Shown here: piece after piece, positions 1 to 12,774 of the stretch
Layout: each line of letters starts with the position of its first letter
How positions within the stretch are numbered: position 1 is the first letter of the stretch
NCBI GenBank assembly: GCA_965644295.1
Contig: CBFFRP010000373.1
Span: forward strand, 62,001 to 126,000
Length of the DNA: 64,000 nucleotides
Direction: 5' to 3'
From: Paraphysomonas bandaiensis
Lineage: Eukaryota > Protista > Chrysophyceae
Notes under the pieces: generated by a model
Seen by the model: only the letters and a program-made list of their open reading frames with translations
What the model was told of the DNA's origin: nothing
Database searches by the model: none
Translations under genes and position numbers: made by a program

Positions 1-633
1 GAGCGTTGCCCATCTAATGCCACATCACTTCCTGAATACAAATCGTCACACAATAGACATCCTAGACTGACACAGCACCTGATTCATAGACGGCGAGCTC
101 GGCGTCAATAAAAAAGGAAAAGAGTTCAACTATAAGTCCCTTGGTTCTGTCCAAAAAAGGAACCCTAGATTCTCCGTAACTATAATGTAATGATTACATT
201 AGAAATGGGAAAGAATTAGCAGACGCTTACAGTCCAGTTTCTCCCCCAAGAAACGAGGACAGGTGGGGGGTAACGACGAACGGTACTGCAACTTTCATCA
301 GAGAGTCTAGTCTCGACTTCACACTCTGAATACTCCAACAGTGATTTATACTCTGTATATTATGTTAAATATCAAACGGGATGATGGACAGCACCGCACC
401 TCAATGAGACATTCGTCGATGATGCTCTTGAGCTTCTCCACCAGCACTGCTGACGAGCGCACGTAATCCTTGCTCGTCAGGTGCTTCTCGACACTATCAA
501 AAATCTTCGAATGTTTTTTTGGAGCAAATGGCTGCACATTCTGAGTCACACTGGCGATGTCGATGTCATTGCGGCCGAGAGGACTCGTAAGCCTCTGCAG
601 CACTGCACTGAGATCATATCGGCTCACAGACAT
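1..633 (-). CDS. Multi-exon gene of unknown function, 3' part runs off the window start
   Basis: ORF 346-633 (MSVSRYDLSAV...) breaks at GAG|GTGCGG...ATACAG. It can be continued in frame through short GT-AG introns (SINHCWSIQSVKSRLDSLMKVAVPF..., TENLGFLFLDRTKGLIVELFSFF..., SDVALDGQR). No motif recognised. Confidence 0.55.
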
Positions 634-1019
634 CTGATCGACTATACGGGTTATCTAGTGCAGGGGAAACGCAAATGGGTCCACAGACATCACACTCGCG
701 GTGGCGTGGACGCGTGTTGATATCTTATCTTTGCAGGTTTATGGTTGCCTTCAGGCAGCGTCTCGACTCTGCTATACTGTACAGTAGGACTGTGTGTTGT
801 AGTGTGGAGTTGGCTAGCTGCACTGCATACAGTGGTATGCACAGTGGTACAGTTCCATGCGTACTGCTGCACTTGTTTCTTATCAATTCGCTCATATTCA
901 TTGTCACAAGTTTTTTTTTGTAAAAAATGGCATATCTAGAAAAAAACGGGGTTTTCGTAGGCGATTCCAACTTACTTGAAGAAACAACTTAATCGATCAT
1001 CATTGGGACACTCTTTGAA

Positions 1020-1620
1020 GTTTCTTGTGGTGGAAACGCTTTAAGTAATGACGTATACACAGGCATCCAAGAGTGAGCCCACCTGATGGGAATACGTGGG
1101 TTTAAGGATGGATGTTGAAGTTACGCCAACTTTCACCTTAAGTACTCTGAAGACCTCAAGTCAGCAGATGTTAGGTGTAGCAACGTTCTACTCGTTCACT
1201 GCATCTCTTTTGAGTGATTAATGTCGAATACATACTTATTAGGCATCTGTGTTGCCAATGACCGAGGTACCACGTGAAACTTTTCTCATGAACATATGGC
1301 AATTGTAATGTAGTTTAATGAGACATGGTACGTCATACCAAGTCTACTGCGTCGTCTCGTTTCCTACAGACTTAAGGTCATAGGTAATAGAAATTGTAAC
1401 AGTTCCTGACACTGTTCTCCAACAAGCAACAAGCAGTGTCAAGTACATTTGTGTTTTTGATATTCAGAGCGGGGGTTTACGGTCTTCTACTAGTGTAGGT
1501 CACTCTAGTGAAGAGTACGACGTAGATACATGTGCTGGTCGAATGCACACCATAGAAGGGAAGACAATAATAATGGAGCCAGCTAAAACTTGTAGCAGGT
1601 TCTTGGTGGAAGTATATTGT
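1020..1620 (-). repeat. Diverged copy of the dispersed repeat family A/B
   Basis: 1020-1220 aligns by eye with 38581-38740 (AGGCATCCAAGAGTGAGCCCACCTGA vs AGGCATTCAGGAATGGGCCCACCTCA; AAGTCAGCAGATGTTAGG). 1250-1620 matches the reverse complement of about 59740-60100 (ACCGAGGTA..AAACTTTTCTCATG, CACTGTTCTCCA, CAAGTACATTTGTGT). Confidence 0.7.
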
Positions 1621-3170
1621 ATATTGGCCAAAAAATTTATAAGTGAGGTCGATTCATGAACGTTGGAGGAGTCGGCGCTAGATCTACAGTGAACACTACC
1701 TTGTCATTGGTGAGAAGTTTTATCCTGCAGATCAATTTGTTCCTGGTGAAGGGAGAGCTCCTCTGTAGGAGGTAGTATCCTTTTCTCCAACGATGCCCAC
1801 AAAGTGTCATTGGGGAACATGGAGAAATGACGTTCTAAGAGGAAGGTCATTTTATCTCGGGTGAGGTATGAACGCTGAAAGGATGGGGATATTTCTAGCG
1901 TGTCCAATATGTCAGTGAATAATTATATAATTTGATGAGCATGGTGCTGTCAAAAAAAATAATAATTTAACGAAAACTATATACGGCGTATATACATGCT
2001 TTAGTGGCCAGGAATGTGTTAGGAACAACCTATAATTGCTCTACTACACTCGATCATAGTCACGAACTCAGAAAGAAACACCATAATATGTTAAAGTTTT
2101 CTACTTTATTAGTGAGGAGATTACGAAGAGAATGTCACAATGGTGGTGTCGTTAGTCAGTACTCACACAATACAACGTCGCTCTACGTTAGTTATATCCT
2201 ACCTTAATCGTGAGATATAGTGAGGCATTGACTCTATGGTAAATAAATGTAACGCAGATACTATGGTAGAACCCACAACATTTTTACTATTCTACGGAAT
2301 ATCATAACGTGAAGGAGGTTACGGAGAAAGAACACTAGTAAAAGGGAGAATACACACCCAGACAATCCGGAAAAATTTGTCGTGAGTGCTTTTTAAGTTA
2401 TGTCAATAGAAGAGAAGTACTAGATACGGTGTCCTGCGTATTTCCTTCAAAACTGGTCTCAACTTTTATCAGGATAGGTAGAAAACAAGTAAGAAACTAC
2501 CGTACACAGGCCCAGAGCAGCTCTGTTCTACGGTAACCTCAACACCTCATAGGCTAGACTTACACCGCACCTTTAGCATAAAAATTCAGGGCTGTCTTCC
2601 GTGTCATCCTGTTCTCAACTCATATTCATGACTGGGCACCTTCTGGTAACTTTATCATGATCTTCATGAGGACCACACTCACTTCTAGACTTCGTCAGGG
2701 TCTGATTGACGCTGATTGGTTCAGTTAATTATTACACTTGAAGTACTCTCTGTACAGGAGGATGAGTATGCGGTTAGATACTCCATACTGCCTGTGTGTT
2801 GTATTTTTTGTATAGTGTTGTTGTGAGCAGGGTATTACATAGTTATACGGTATACGGTATACGGTGTGCTGTCTGGCAGAAGTGTATGCTATATATCTCT
2901 GCTGTAGACTGCAGGTACTAATAATGCAGAGGCAGGGGTTTAATTTTCTCAATAGTGAGAGCCATTTAGTTAAACTCGTATATGGCGTGATTTATATGAC
3001 GTGATTGTAGCACACGCCTTTCATCTTGCTCAAATAAACTGTTCCTGTGTGGCGATCTTCATGAAGCCTCTGGATTGTATTTAAGCTCTGGCAATATATA
3101 CATCGATCCATCTGCTTATCTATCTATTTATCAACCTCTTTAGCTATCTCTGACTTTATTTATAATTAAT

Positions 3171-6100
3171 ATGCAAGACGGAGAGCCGTGTGTTTTCGAC
3201 CTCGAGGAGCTGAGGGAGTACATTGACTTATCCTCTTTCCGGTTTATGCTTGTGGCTGTGTCAGAGGATAAGATAGCTGTGGCGACATCAAGGTACTTAG
3301 TGATCATGGAGGAAGATGGTGTTATAGCAGCCAATGATGAAGGAGACGAGGAGAGAGATAAAGTACAGACTGTTGTGGAGTTTGGACAAACGTCTGGGCG
3401 TCCAACAGCAATACAATGGATAACAAGTGATACACTCTGTGTAGGGTTTGAAAGTGGGGCCATGACATGTTTTAATGATTTTGGAGAGACTGTCAGTGAG
3501 AATGAGTTTTCGACTAGCGCGCTTGTCTCTATCCGCGTACTTCCTAACCCTGACCCAGCAGTGTCTGGCCAAGTAGTTTGGGCCTTGTATGAGAGCGGAT
3601 ATCTAATATCTGTACGTTTGTGTATACCAGTAGTTGTGCGTGGTTTCCACCTCTTATACTGTTTCAGGTTTCAGTTGGTCATCTTCTGGGTGGAACGGCT
3701 CTGGGCCGCTATTACCTGAAGTTTAAGTTAATGGACCGCGATATGGTTAGCGACTTCGCAGTGCTCCCCTCCATGCACATGTCCTCTATTTTCGAAGCAG
3801 ACAACTCTTCTCCTGGGGCTTCTTCGAGTTTTATGGTATGTGGAGTGGATCCTGCTCTTTCACTGTACACTATTGGCGGGAAGCAACAACTCCAGCACCT
3901 GGGAAAGCTCGCTTCTTTCGTCAGAGATAAAGTGGGAACCGCGATATCCAAGACTGTGGGGAACGCGTTGGTCTCGTTTTTTGGCAGCGGTTCAACTGGT
4001 ACAGAGGGTCCGGATGAGGACGACCACACTGCAGTTACAGCGGTCATGGAGTTTAATGAATCGGAAAAACGACGTATTTTGAGACTGTCTATAAGTCCAG
4101 GTGTGGGGGTACTTACTGCTTAACCTGTGCTGACTTCTTCCGCTAGGGGGTAAGCTATTGGCGGCTGCAGATTCTCTGGGTCGTGTGTTACTATTTGACT
4201 GTCGTTTGGGTACAACCGTAATACGTGTGTGGAAGGGGGTTAGGGAGGCACGATTTGCGTGGACTGAAGATCGACAGCAATCCCAATCCTTAGATGGTGT
4301 TAGCGAGGGTAAGTCCAGACGGATTTTATGTTTGGCTATATATGCTCCTCAGACGGGCCTTCTCTCACTGTGGGCACTACGACATGGACCTTGCCTACGC
4401 AGTATTCCTGTTGGCCCTCAGTGCCACATTCACACCGCGTTTTACTCCAACGGTATTGATCGGGACGCTCTGAGCCGATGTGCACTTCTACGTGTGACAA
4501 ATGGAAACAGGCTGAGTCTCAGCATGGTGAGCCCATTTGGATTTTCTGAGGAGGATCTTGACCTGGAAGAAGTAGAGAGACAGGAGAGCGGGGAGCTAGA
4601 AGGAGATGGTCGATCATCGATGGACACAGATGAAGGAATGGATGCGCACTCTGTTTCGGGTGCCATGTCTACAAGCAGGGGTGGGCTTGTAGTGGACCAT
4701 TCCAGAGTATTGGCTAGCATTGAACGTACACTGCTTCCCTTGACGAAAAAACCGTGTCACTTGCGTACTGGTGCTGATATGCGCGCAGTTGAGCATAGGG
4801 TTTGGATGACCATGTCGGCACTGCGCGATATCGGTGTAGTGTGTCGGGCTGTGTCTGCAATAGAGCAGTGCGAGCGAGACCTTTACAATAGTACGTTTAC
4901 TTCCTCTGCAGTTTGTTCACCGTCTCAAGATTCGATATCTTTCTCATCTCAATTTCATCGCAACATCAGTCGTCTCCTAGAGGAGGGTGTGGTGGCCAAT
5001 AGTGGGTCCCCAGATACCTATGAAGGTCGACGGAGGCGTAGGAGTAGTACCGGATCGCTGGGAAATGCGTTATATGTCACAGGGCGCGGCAGGTTGGTTA
5101 AGGCGTATGAGCTCTTAGTTGAAATTAACTCGCAAGTTTCACTGGCCTCCTTGGCGGCATCTCCGCCTCCGGGTACTGAACATAATAAATGGGCTAAGCA
5201 GAACAGCGCCCGTGCAGAGGCAATATGTTGGGCTGCCCGTCGACTGGTGCCGTCCACCGGTCATACTCATGCTAGTGGGGCGCGAACACCTCCTATCGTA
5301 TCTGCCCCTGTTTTGGTGAGAGGAAAGAGTAGGAATAGTAATGCATCCGTGCAAGATGGTGGCGGGGAATCACTTCGTTCTTCTAGCCCCTACGGTAGTC
5401 CCCGTACCAGTTTCAGCTCACTGCCTGTGGACGCTTCTGGATCGAATCGGACACCCCCGCCTCCAATATCTACCTCTCCACCAGCCCCAGGATCAGGCAC
5501 AGGAAGATCAAGTGCAAGTGTATCTCCTCATAACGCTTCTTTCCAGACAGCTTTACGTAGAACCACCCCCGGCCACCCACCTTTTTCAACTTTTCTACTC
5601 TTTCACACTCCCAGTCACTCTTCGTCACACTCACATACTGAGTTTGATTTCCAGTATGATGCCTTTGTTACACTTCTAGACATGGCAGAAGGATACTCAG
5701 TTACCGATATGTTGACTCGTGAAGTTGAGTACACAGCAGTAGAAGGCCCAGTACCGACCACTGATACCAAGATAGGTGCCGATAATAATCACTATGTAAG
5801 ATATGTTAACAGCGAATAAATATATTTAGATGTAGCTGGCCAGCTGACGCATGAGCACATTGTCAGAACAACTCCTCCAGTTGTCGCGCAAGAGCTGTTG
5901 AACTTCATGTTCGTTCCTCTTATGGGGGACGTATTTGCGCTCCAGCGCTTCGTTAGTGCAATCGATGTCATGGGTCTCGGAGGAGGGCAAGGGCTACAGA
6001 AGGCACTTCCGCTAGTTATGAGCTTCATGGAAAGTCAACCTATGGGAACCGTGTTCAACGCACTTGTGAACAGACAGCTCTCTTCTTCTCCCCTTCAGAG

Positions 6101-8679
6101 GTAAGAAAAGATTGGCTAGATGCAGTGTTATTGACATTCGAGCCATCAGGTGGTTGCGAGACACTCTGTTGTCGTTCCAGAGTGTGGTTGCGGGAGATGA
6201 AGATGACCACTCTGAGCATTCTGGAGATGGTACATCCCTACCACTTCCTCGCAGTGACCGTACAGAACTGGCCCGGCTCCTATCAGAGGTAATGACTGCT
6301 CGTGGTGCTTCAGCTAGCGTGCTACTAATGGAGGAAGAAGGGGAGCCTCCGACTCCCCCAACTCTGGACGAGATTGTGAGACATATCCTGCGACCGGCGT
6401 GGCTACATGCCCGTAAATCTCTTCACCTTGAATGCACGATGATTATTGCAGCCCAGATCTTGGAGGTTTTGGAGGGTGTCGGAGCCCAGATAGAGAGACG
6501 CACTTTCGGTGAAGTGAACCTGGATAGCACGAAGCTTGCATGGGAGACACTGATCAGGCAGCTGCGTGTAACTCTTCTTTTGTCGAGTCGTGCCGGGGGT
6601 AAGCTCTCTGTAGATAGTCTAGGCAGTGGCGATATCAGTATTTACTCCCTCTTAGCGGCGGATACACTGTGCTTTGCAATGCAAGCGGACCAGGTACAAT
6701 GTTCCCTTGTTACCCTGCTGCGTGTGTTATTGATATTGGCAGGCTGCCGAACATGAATTGCGGTGTCAGGAAGTCTACACCCGTCGTGCTGCTCGACCTG
6801 TTTCCATTGAATCTGGACCAGGTTCTTCTACGGATTCTAGAGATTCCGAATCAGGTGCACTACTTGCTTGGGGACCACATGCGGATGCACGGTGGAAAGA
6901 GTTGGTTACTGTTGCGGAAGCAGAAGACGCATTTATGCAAGAGGCCACGGCTGCACAATCTCAATCATCCTCCCCAACGAACTTCAAACCGAGAAGTCCG
7001 TCCCAAACTAAATCCAAAATGATGGCTGGTGGAAACAAAAAAATACGTCGGCGACGTCCTTTGTTGTTGTTCTTTCCAAGTCATAACCAGTCGGCACAAT
7101 TAGGAGCATACCGTGCCTTCGCTTTAGCTGACAGGTCTTGATTGCAGTGTTTTTATTGATTTTAATGAACGAATATAACTTCATTCTACTGTTTCTACAG
7201 GTGGTGCCGCAGACCTAAGAGAGTGGAAATTCTAGCGCTTGCGGGTGCCCATCTTCTACCTATCCCACCCGTTACCCGAGCTGCCGTTGCAGAAAGGATT
7301 CTACTGTCTGTTGTATTTCCCCTGCTTAGACCTTACCTTGACTTGGAGGAAGGAAAGCTTCATAAGAAAAATGCCACGGATGCCACACAAGAGGTGAGTT
7401 AGATGTCTGCTTATCTGCAACGCTCAGTAATATATCGAATGCAGCTGGTGATCGTAATGGCTGACCATGATCTAGTGGAGAGTTTTGTTCAGTCCTCGAT
7501 AGAACTCATTACATTTGCCCTACAGGGAGGCAGTGGTGATCGGGCTTTCCCATCCTCAGTTGATGCAGACGGAACTAACGACACCAAAACTTCACGTGAG
7601 AAACAGCTACAGGCTGACGAACTTAATCCGGAAGTTTGGCCACCCACGAGCGACGCACGGCTAAATGCCATGGTTCGCACCTTCCAGTCTCAGGGAGGAA
7701 TATGCGAGAATGCTGCAAAGTTCCATATGTGTCTTCTCTGGGTACTGCAATTGCGTACGCAGTGTGGACTTCGTGGTGTAAAAATATCTGAGCTATTTGG
7801 TGGGCGTGTGCTACGATCGATGTGCATCCCTGGCGCGCTTTCGCTTTCGAACTTTACTTGGCATGATGTGAATACCCCTCATAGAGCTAGCGACGACCCT
7901 CATGAAAATGCAGTGACGTCTTCTGGGCACATGCATGTTGATAACATTGTGGACAAATGGAGTCGAAGTAGTAATGACGGACGCACATATAGCATACGCA
8001 CACCATCCTTTTCTTCTACAGTATCGGACGAAGCGACGTCACTTAAAGCTGTGCGAGAAGAATTCATGCTACAGTGTTTCAGGCGATTAGAGGCGCAATC
8101 CAGTAATATTGTCTATAGTATTGCAGAAATTTGGGATATAGATAACAAGCAGGCTAGGCTAGTACATTTAACAACCTTGCTTGAGCTGGGACATGATGAT
8201 ATAATTGCTGAGCTTGTGAGCCATGTAAGTATGTCGCAGATGTATATACTTGGTCCACTAACTATGATATTTCCTAGTTCGATGATTGGTCAGTAGCAGC
8301 AGACCGCATTACGCAAGGTATAAGGATTCGTATTGGCACAACTATAGCATGCATAGAGCGAATCCCAGCCTGTGGACCGCTATTGGCGTCATTAGACCCC
8401 GAGGCCGCTGCATGGGTGCGGGAATCTGTCGGGCAGCCCGATAGGGCGACTGTGGAGGGAATAATGAAAGGAGAAGTTAGAGTGGTTAATTTCGATGTAC
8501 CATCTTCTCGGCATTTAGTAATACGCGTTCAAGCTTTATTATTTGGGGTCCCGATAACGCAGCGAAACGGGAGGTGGACAGAGAAGAAGAACAAATGTGA
8601 CGCACTCTTGTCGTTATGTTCGGCGCTGTCTGAATCTGAAGTGCAGTTACAATTAAAAGGAAGTGGACTCTTGTTGTAG
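3171..8679 (+). CDS. RAB3GAP2: Rab3 GTPase-activating protein non-catalytic subunit (multi-exon)
   Basis: AAADSLGRVLLFD...IRVWKGVREARFAW and LAIYAPQTGLLSLWALRHGPCL match the RAB3GAP2 N-terminal signature. The ORF pieces join through short GT-AG introns (e.g. 3612-3667, 4101-4146). Stop TAG at 8679. Confidence 0.88.
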
Positions 8680-8856
8680 TTTATCGTATGACCTGCGGCA
8701 CATTTGTTTGTACGAAATATAGTGCAACGTGAATATGTTGCATATAGTGATAGAAGCAGATTGTGGCGAAGTGATGCCGTTTTTTTGCCATACTTATTGC
8801 TATTGACATCATAACAATATAATACTCATTGTTATTTAATTTCTGTATCTCCTGAG

Positions 8857-9094
8857 ATAACGTCTTTTTATTAAATTGCGCAAGCTTGTGTGTCGCTACA
8901 ACCAGTCTAACAAGCTAGTGCGACACTCAACATCTAAACATAACATGATTGCTTATCAGTAATCAGTAGTGCATGTCTGATTACACGCAATAGGCGTTTA
9001 AGAGTCAGATCTAATTTAACTAACTAGTAGTACTTTACTGTGATATCCTACTATATAGCACTACCTCATGACCTCAAGCACCAAGAGGCAACCA
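8857..9094 (+). repeat. Terminal fragments of repeat families B (8857-8950) and A (8967-9094)
   Basis: CAAGCTTGTGTGTCGC...TAAACATAACATGA matches 36157-36225 and 59398-59460. TAGTGCATGTCTGATTA..GCAATAGGCGTTTAAGAGTCAGA..CAAGCACCAA matches 30589-30710. Confidence 0.7.
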
Positions 9095-9499
9095 ATTAAT
9101 TAGGACATCAAATCACAATTGCAATTATAATTATTGACTCCAGCTAGCTTCAATTAATTGCAATTAATTGATCAAAGAATGCCATGTTTTTACACTGAAA
9201 GCTTTCGAAAAACGGCGCTCTTTATTTCTAAAATCCAATTTTTACGCGAAAAATTGAATATTGATGAAAGACTATAATATCCATAGATAGGATTATCATA
9301 CATAATAATTCACTTAATTAATTGACGATATGAGCTATAAACTGGCACCAGAAGTCATTGCACGAGTGTTCTTTGAGAAAATAAATGGTAATAACGAAGT
9401 GGTTGCAATAGAAACTTAGCAATTCCGGAAGTTCCCTGTTTCCCTGTAGGAAAAGATGTTCTGAAACGAAAGGAAGGTTTTGGGTGGAGCAACCTCTCG

Positions 9500-9740
9500 C
9501 AGAATGCCATCTAACACGACGGATGGAAGGATATAGTTTTGGCTGCCCAACGAGCACGTCTTCACCAGCAAACTCGTTACCGCAGTATGAAGCACTTGTT
9601 TGCATATGCCACAACAAATAAGGTTGAAAATTTGTTAAATAGAGCTAAGATTGTTTTGACTGCATTTAGAATTACTTATACTTTCTTACGCCTCTGGAAT
9701 GAAATAATGACAGTTGAAGTACCTCGGTCATTGGCAGTGA
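9500..9740 (+). pseudogene. hAT transposase C-terminal dimerisation-domain remnant
   Basis: Translates ...YATTNKVENLLNRAKIVLT...LWNEIMTVEV, resembling the hATC motif (S/T..VERLFS.AK.I.T). Homologous to the reverse complement of 63610-63800. AATTGCAATT-rich subterminal-type repeats lie at 9090-9175. Confidence 0.7.
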
Positions 9741-9779
9741 GCAATCAGAACAATATCTTCTATCTTCTATTTCCGAAAA

Positions 9780-10273
9780 CGGTTCTTATCCTCCTGAACA
9801 CCACGAAAAGGTGCGAGCACGACTCTGTTGAGGGTCAACAAAGTCGGACTCGCACCTTTTCGTGTTGTTCTGGGGGATAAGTACCGGAGAGATATTCTTC
9901 TGCCCACTCATAGCCGAATGCTTGTGTGGTACAAGGGACACCAATAAGTGTCACTTGTGTAGACGTCTTTGGGCCTTGACGAATAAACAGGCATCCGGGA
10001 CAGGGCTCACCTGAAAGGTAACCGGGGTATTGGGCTGCCTGCTGAAGTCAAGCATCCGGGATGTTCACCTTAAGCCTTAAGAACTCAGAGCGGAAGTGGT
10101 CGCACCTTGGTGCTTGCTGCGACGCACAGGCAGCTTCCGTAGCGTTAAATAGTAGGATAAAAAAGTGTGCACTGATTAGTTACAGGTAGCGGTCTAACTA
10201 GTTTGTCTAGCATTCATCTAGCTACTAAGTTGGTGCAGGTTTTGAACGCCTATTGCTAATAATAAGACTTTCA
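9780..10273 (-). mobile_element. Family A element (9835-10273) joined tail-to-tail to an end fragment of a sister copy (9780-9834)
   Basis: 9835-10273 is the reverse complement of the 30589-31104 copy, with both ends recognisable. 9780-9886 forms an imperfect palindrome with 52-bp arms. Confidence 0.8.
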
Positions 10274-10603
10274 ATATGTCTTTGTTGAGAATTTTATGTG
10301 CTGTATACTGTATATACGTCACCCTAGAGAGCTGAAAGGCTATGGTGTCCATGAATCGTACCTAACACTAAGTGATCCGCAATCTAAATGTTGTAACCAC
10401 TGTTTCCAAGAGTTGAAAAAGTTAAAAGTTACATACAAATGAATATCGAGCCCAACACGAAATCATGATTGGTCCACTAATGAATTAAGGCATTCATGAA
10501 GAAAACATTATTACCACATACACACGAAAATATTCCACTACCCTCACTACCAGTTATAGTGAGACAATGCTGACACTACTACAACTATATGAATTTATAC
10601 ACG

Positions 10604-12446
10604 CTAATCTGATGGCACAACTTGCAACTGAACATAAGAGGTATCATAGGAGGCCTTACAGTTGTGAGCAACCAACTTATACGCCGCCTCGCGAGACGCG
10701 AGGCTACTCTCAAACGGGCACCCATCGCAAAACAACACTCGGTCTATCTCATCTTTATCAGGAAGTCGTTCATGAGAGCAAGAAAATTCATACCAACTTC
10801 CCGCATCGGCGGGCACATGATACTGGACAGTTCCTTTCGATGGAATCTTCTTTTGTAGCTCGCACAGTATCTGCTTACGATGTAAGAACTTTGGAGCACT
10901 ATCGGATATAAATCGGTTTAGAAGTTCCCAGTCATCACAAGCTGCAACAGGAATATTGCATGTTACATTGGACACTAAGGAAGACGTCTCTATGTGTTTC
11001 GGTAAAAGATTAGCTGCAACCTCGCACGGTCCAGAATCAACTACTACGTATGCAGGGGCCCCAATTTCCCTCATCGTAGAACAGACATCTTCTGAAAAGA
11101 ACGAGATCAAGTTATTATCGCTGAAAGCGCAAGTGTAGCTCTGCTTTACAAGAGATTCCTCTGCAGGGGTGCGAAAGGACGAAAGATGCCAACCGGCTGA
11201 GCGCCATATCCCGAGGTTGTAGCGAGCCAAAAGGGCAACCAGTGCATCTGTATTCTCAAATCGAAGCATACGTCGAATCTTGGTTGCAGTTAGAGCACCA
11301 TCTTCTGGAGTAACTGCAAGTGACTCCACCAGACTAGCGGGCAGCACCATAGCACCCTCCCGAGAAGAGATGCCAAACTCCCCATCCATCTGCCAATTGA
11401 ATTGCAAAACATAGTGCGTTAGCGTCGCAAGATACACTGTTTCCATTTGGAATGTCAAGTTCTGAGGTTCTGGCTGAATATCCGTCTCAGTCTAGTATAC
11501 AAGTCAAGACAACAGTCGCACAAAGGTCATTTACCTTTAGAATCTCCACCGTCTCTTTACTTAGTATTTCATCGGGGTCTGAAACAATGTACAGATCGGG
11601 ACGGACACCAGTTCCTTCAGTATTTGTAATCCATCGAGCAGAGGCAGCTATACTGTCTCGTTGCATCCACTCCAAGCGATCAGTACAGTTCGGCCAATGC
11701 GTGGTATCGCGCTGATTCACGACGATCCTCGGTTTATTAACTACCCATTGTTTCTCTATACCACTCTCGTGAGAAAACGTATCTGCGCTAATTTCGTAAA
11801 TTACTTCTGTAGGAGAGCTTGTGCTAGTATTTTGAGGACCATTTATTACATATCCCTTGACAGCACCAGAATAAAAGGTATTGGTGTCATCAAGAACCAT
11901 CACATCAGCAGAATGCTCCCTGAAGCGCATGCGCAGGATATCGCTTTCATATTTGTTAAGTACAGTCGAGTCCCCTACAACACGTGAGACGGATGAGTCT
12001 TCACCAGAAGCAGGTTTCTCCTTGGACAGCCTGAGGGCTCGTATATGATGGTACGAGCGCACAGTGATGTCCCTATGGGCCTCATATAGCACGCTGTCGC
12101 CTACTAGAGACATAGCTGTCAGAGAGAGTCTTATTGAGGTGGGGACAGTGAAGCCTTCACAGTTGATGAAGGCAGTGAAGACACCTCCATCTAGAGGGAC
12201 TGCACTTTCTTTCATAGAGCGGAAACATCCCCTCGACCGCTCTGCTGACGATGATACTGATATATCCACACACACTGAGCCGTCTCTGCCTAGTTGAAAC
12301 TCATCCCTGTTGAATCGAAGGGCAAGTAGTATGGCATCTGTTATGAGCAGTTGAGAGGGGTGAGGTGATAATATATCGAAATAAGGAGTAACGGACTGTG
12401 CGGTGACTATGTATACATATAACACAACACTGAGAAGATGCTGCAT
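10604..12446 (-). CDS. Glycosyltransferase family 17 (MGAT3/GnT-III-like) with signal peptide, 2 exons
   Basis: GT17 motifs appear in order: ESDILRMRFRE, TFYSGAVK, EWMQRDSI, YIVSDPDEI (DxD), AGWHLSSF. Hydrophobic N-terminus MQHLLSVVLYVYIVTAQS. Intron 11491-11533 (AAG|GTAAAT...ACTAG|). Confidence 0.78.
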
Positions 12447-12774
12447 ACGAAACACCCACGCAGCAGATGGATTGGAATAGATTCACTTCACTTGAATGAG
12501 GTGACGGACTCATGCCACATACCGACATATCATACAGAAGTAAAATACAGTGGCAAAATAGCATACCCATCAAAAGCTGTACACTTCTAAAAATTGGCCT
12601 ATCACAGGTGCAGCTCATAATTTTCGACCATTTGATTTGTTGTATTTCTACTTGTGCAGGAACCAGTCAAAAAAACCTGCAAGAGCCATTCACTCCACAG
12701 TGAGTTATGTGCAGAGGGAGTTCACAGGACTAACACACCCACACTTACACAGTAAATTGGTAACATTATTTACC

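Noticed and set aside
3171-8679. Frameshifts or stop-codon reassignment explaining fragmented ORFs
   Set aside because: The breaks I examined are resolved by short canonical GT-AG introns, and TAA, TAG and TGA all appear as terminal stops in the window.
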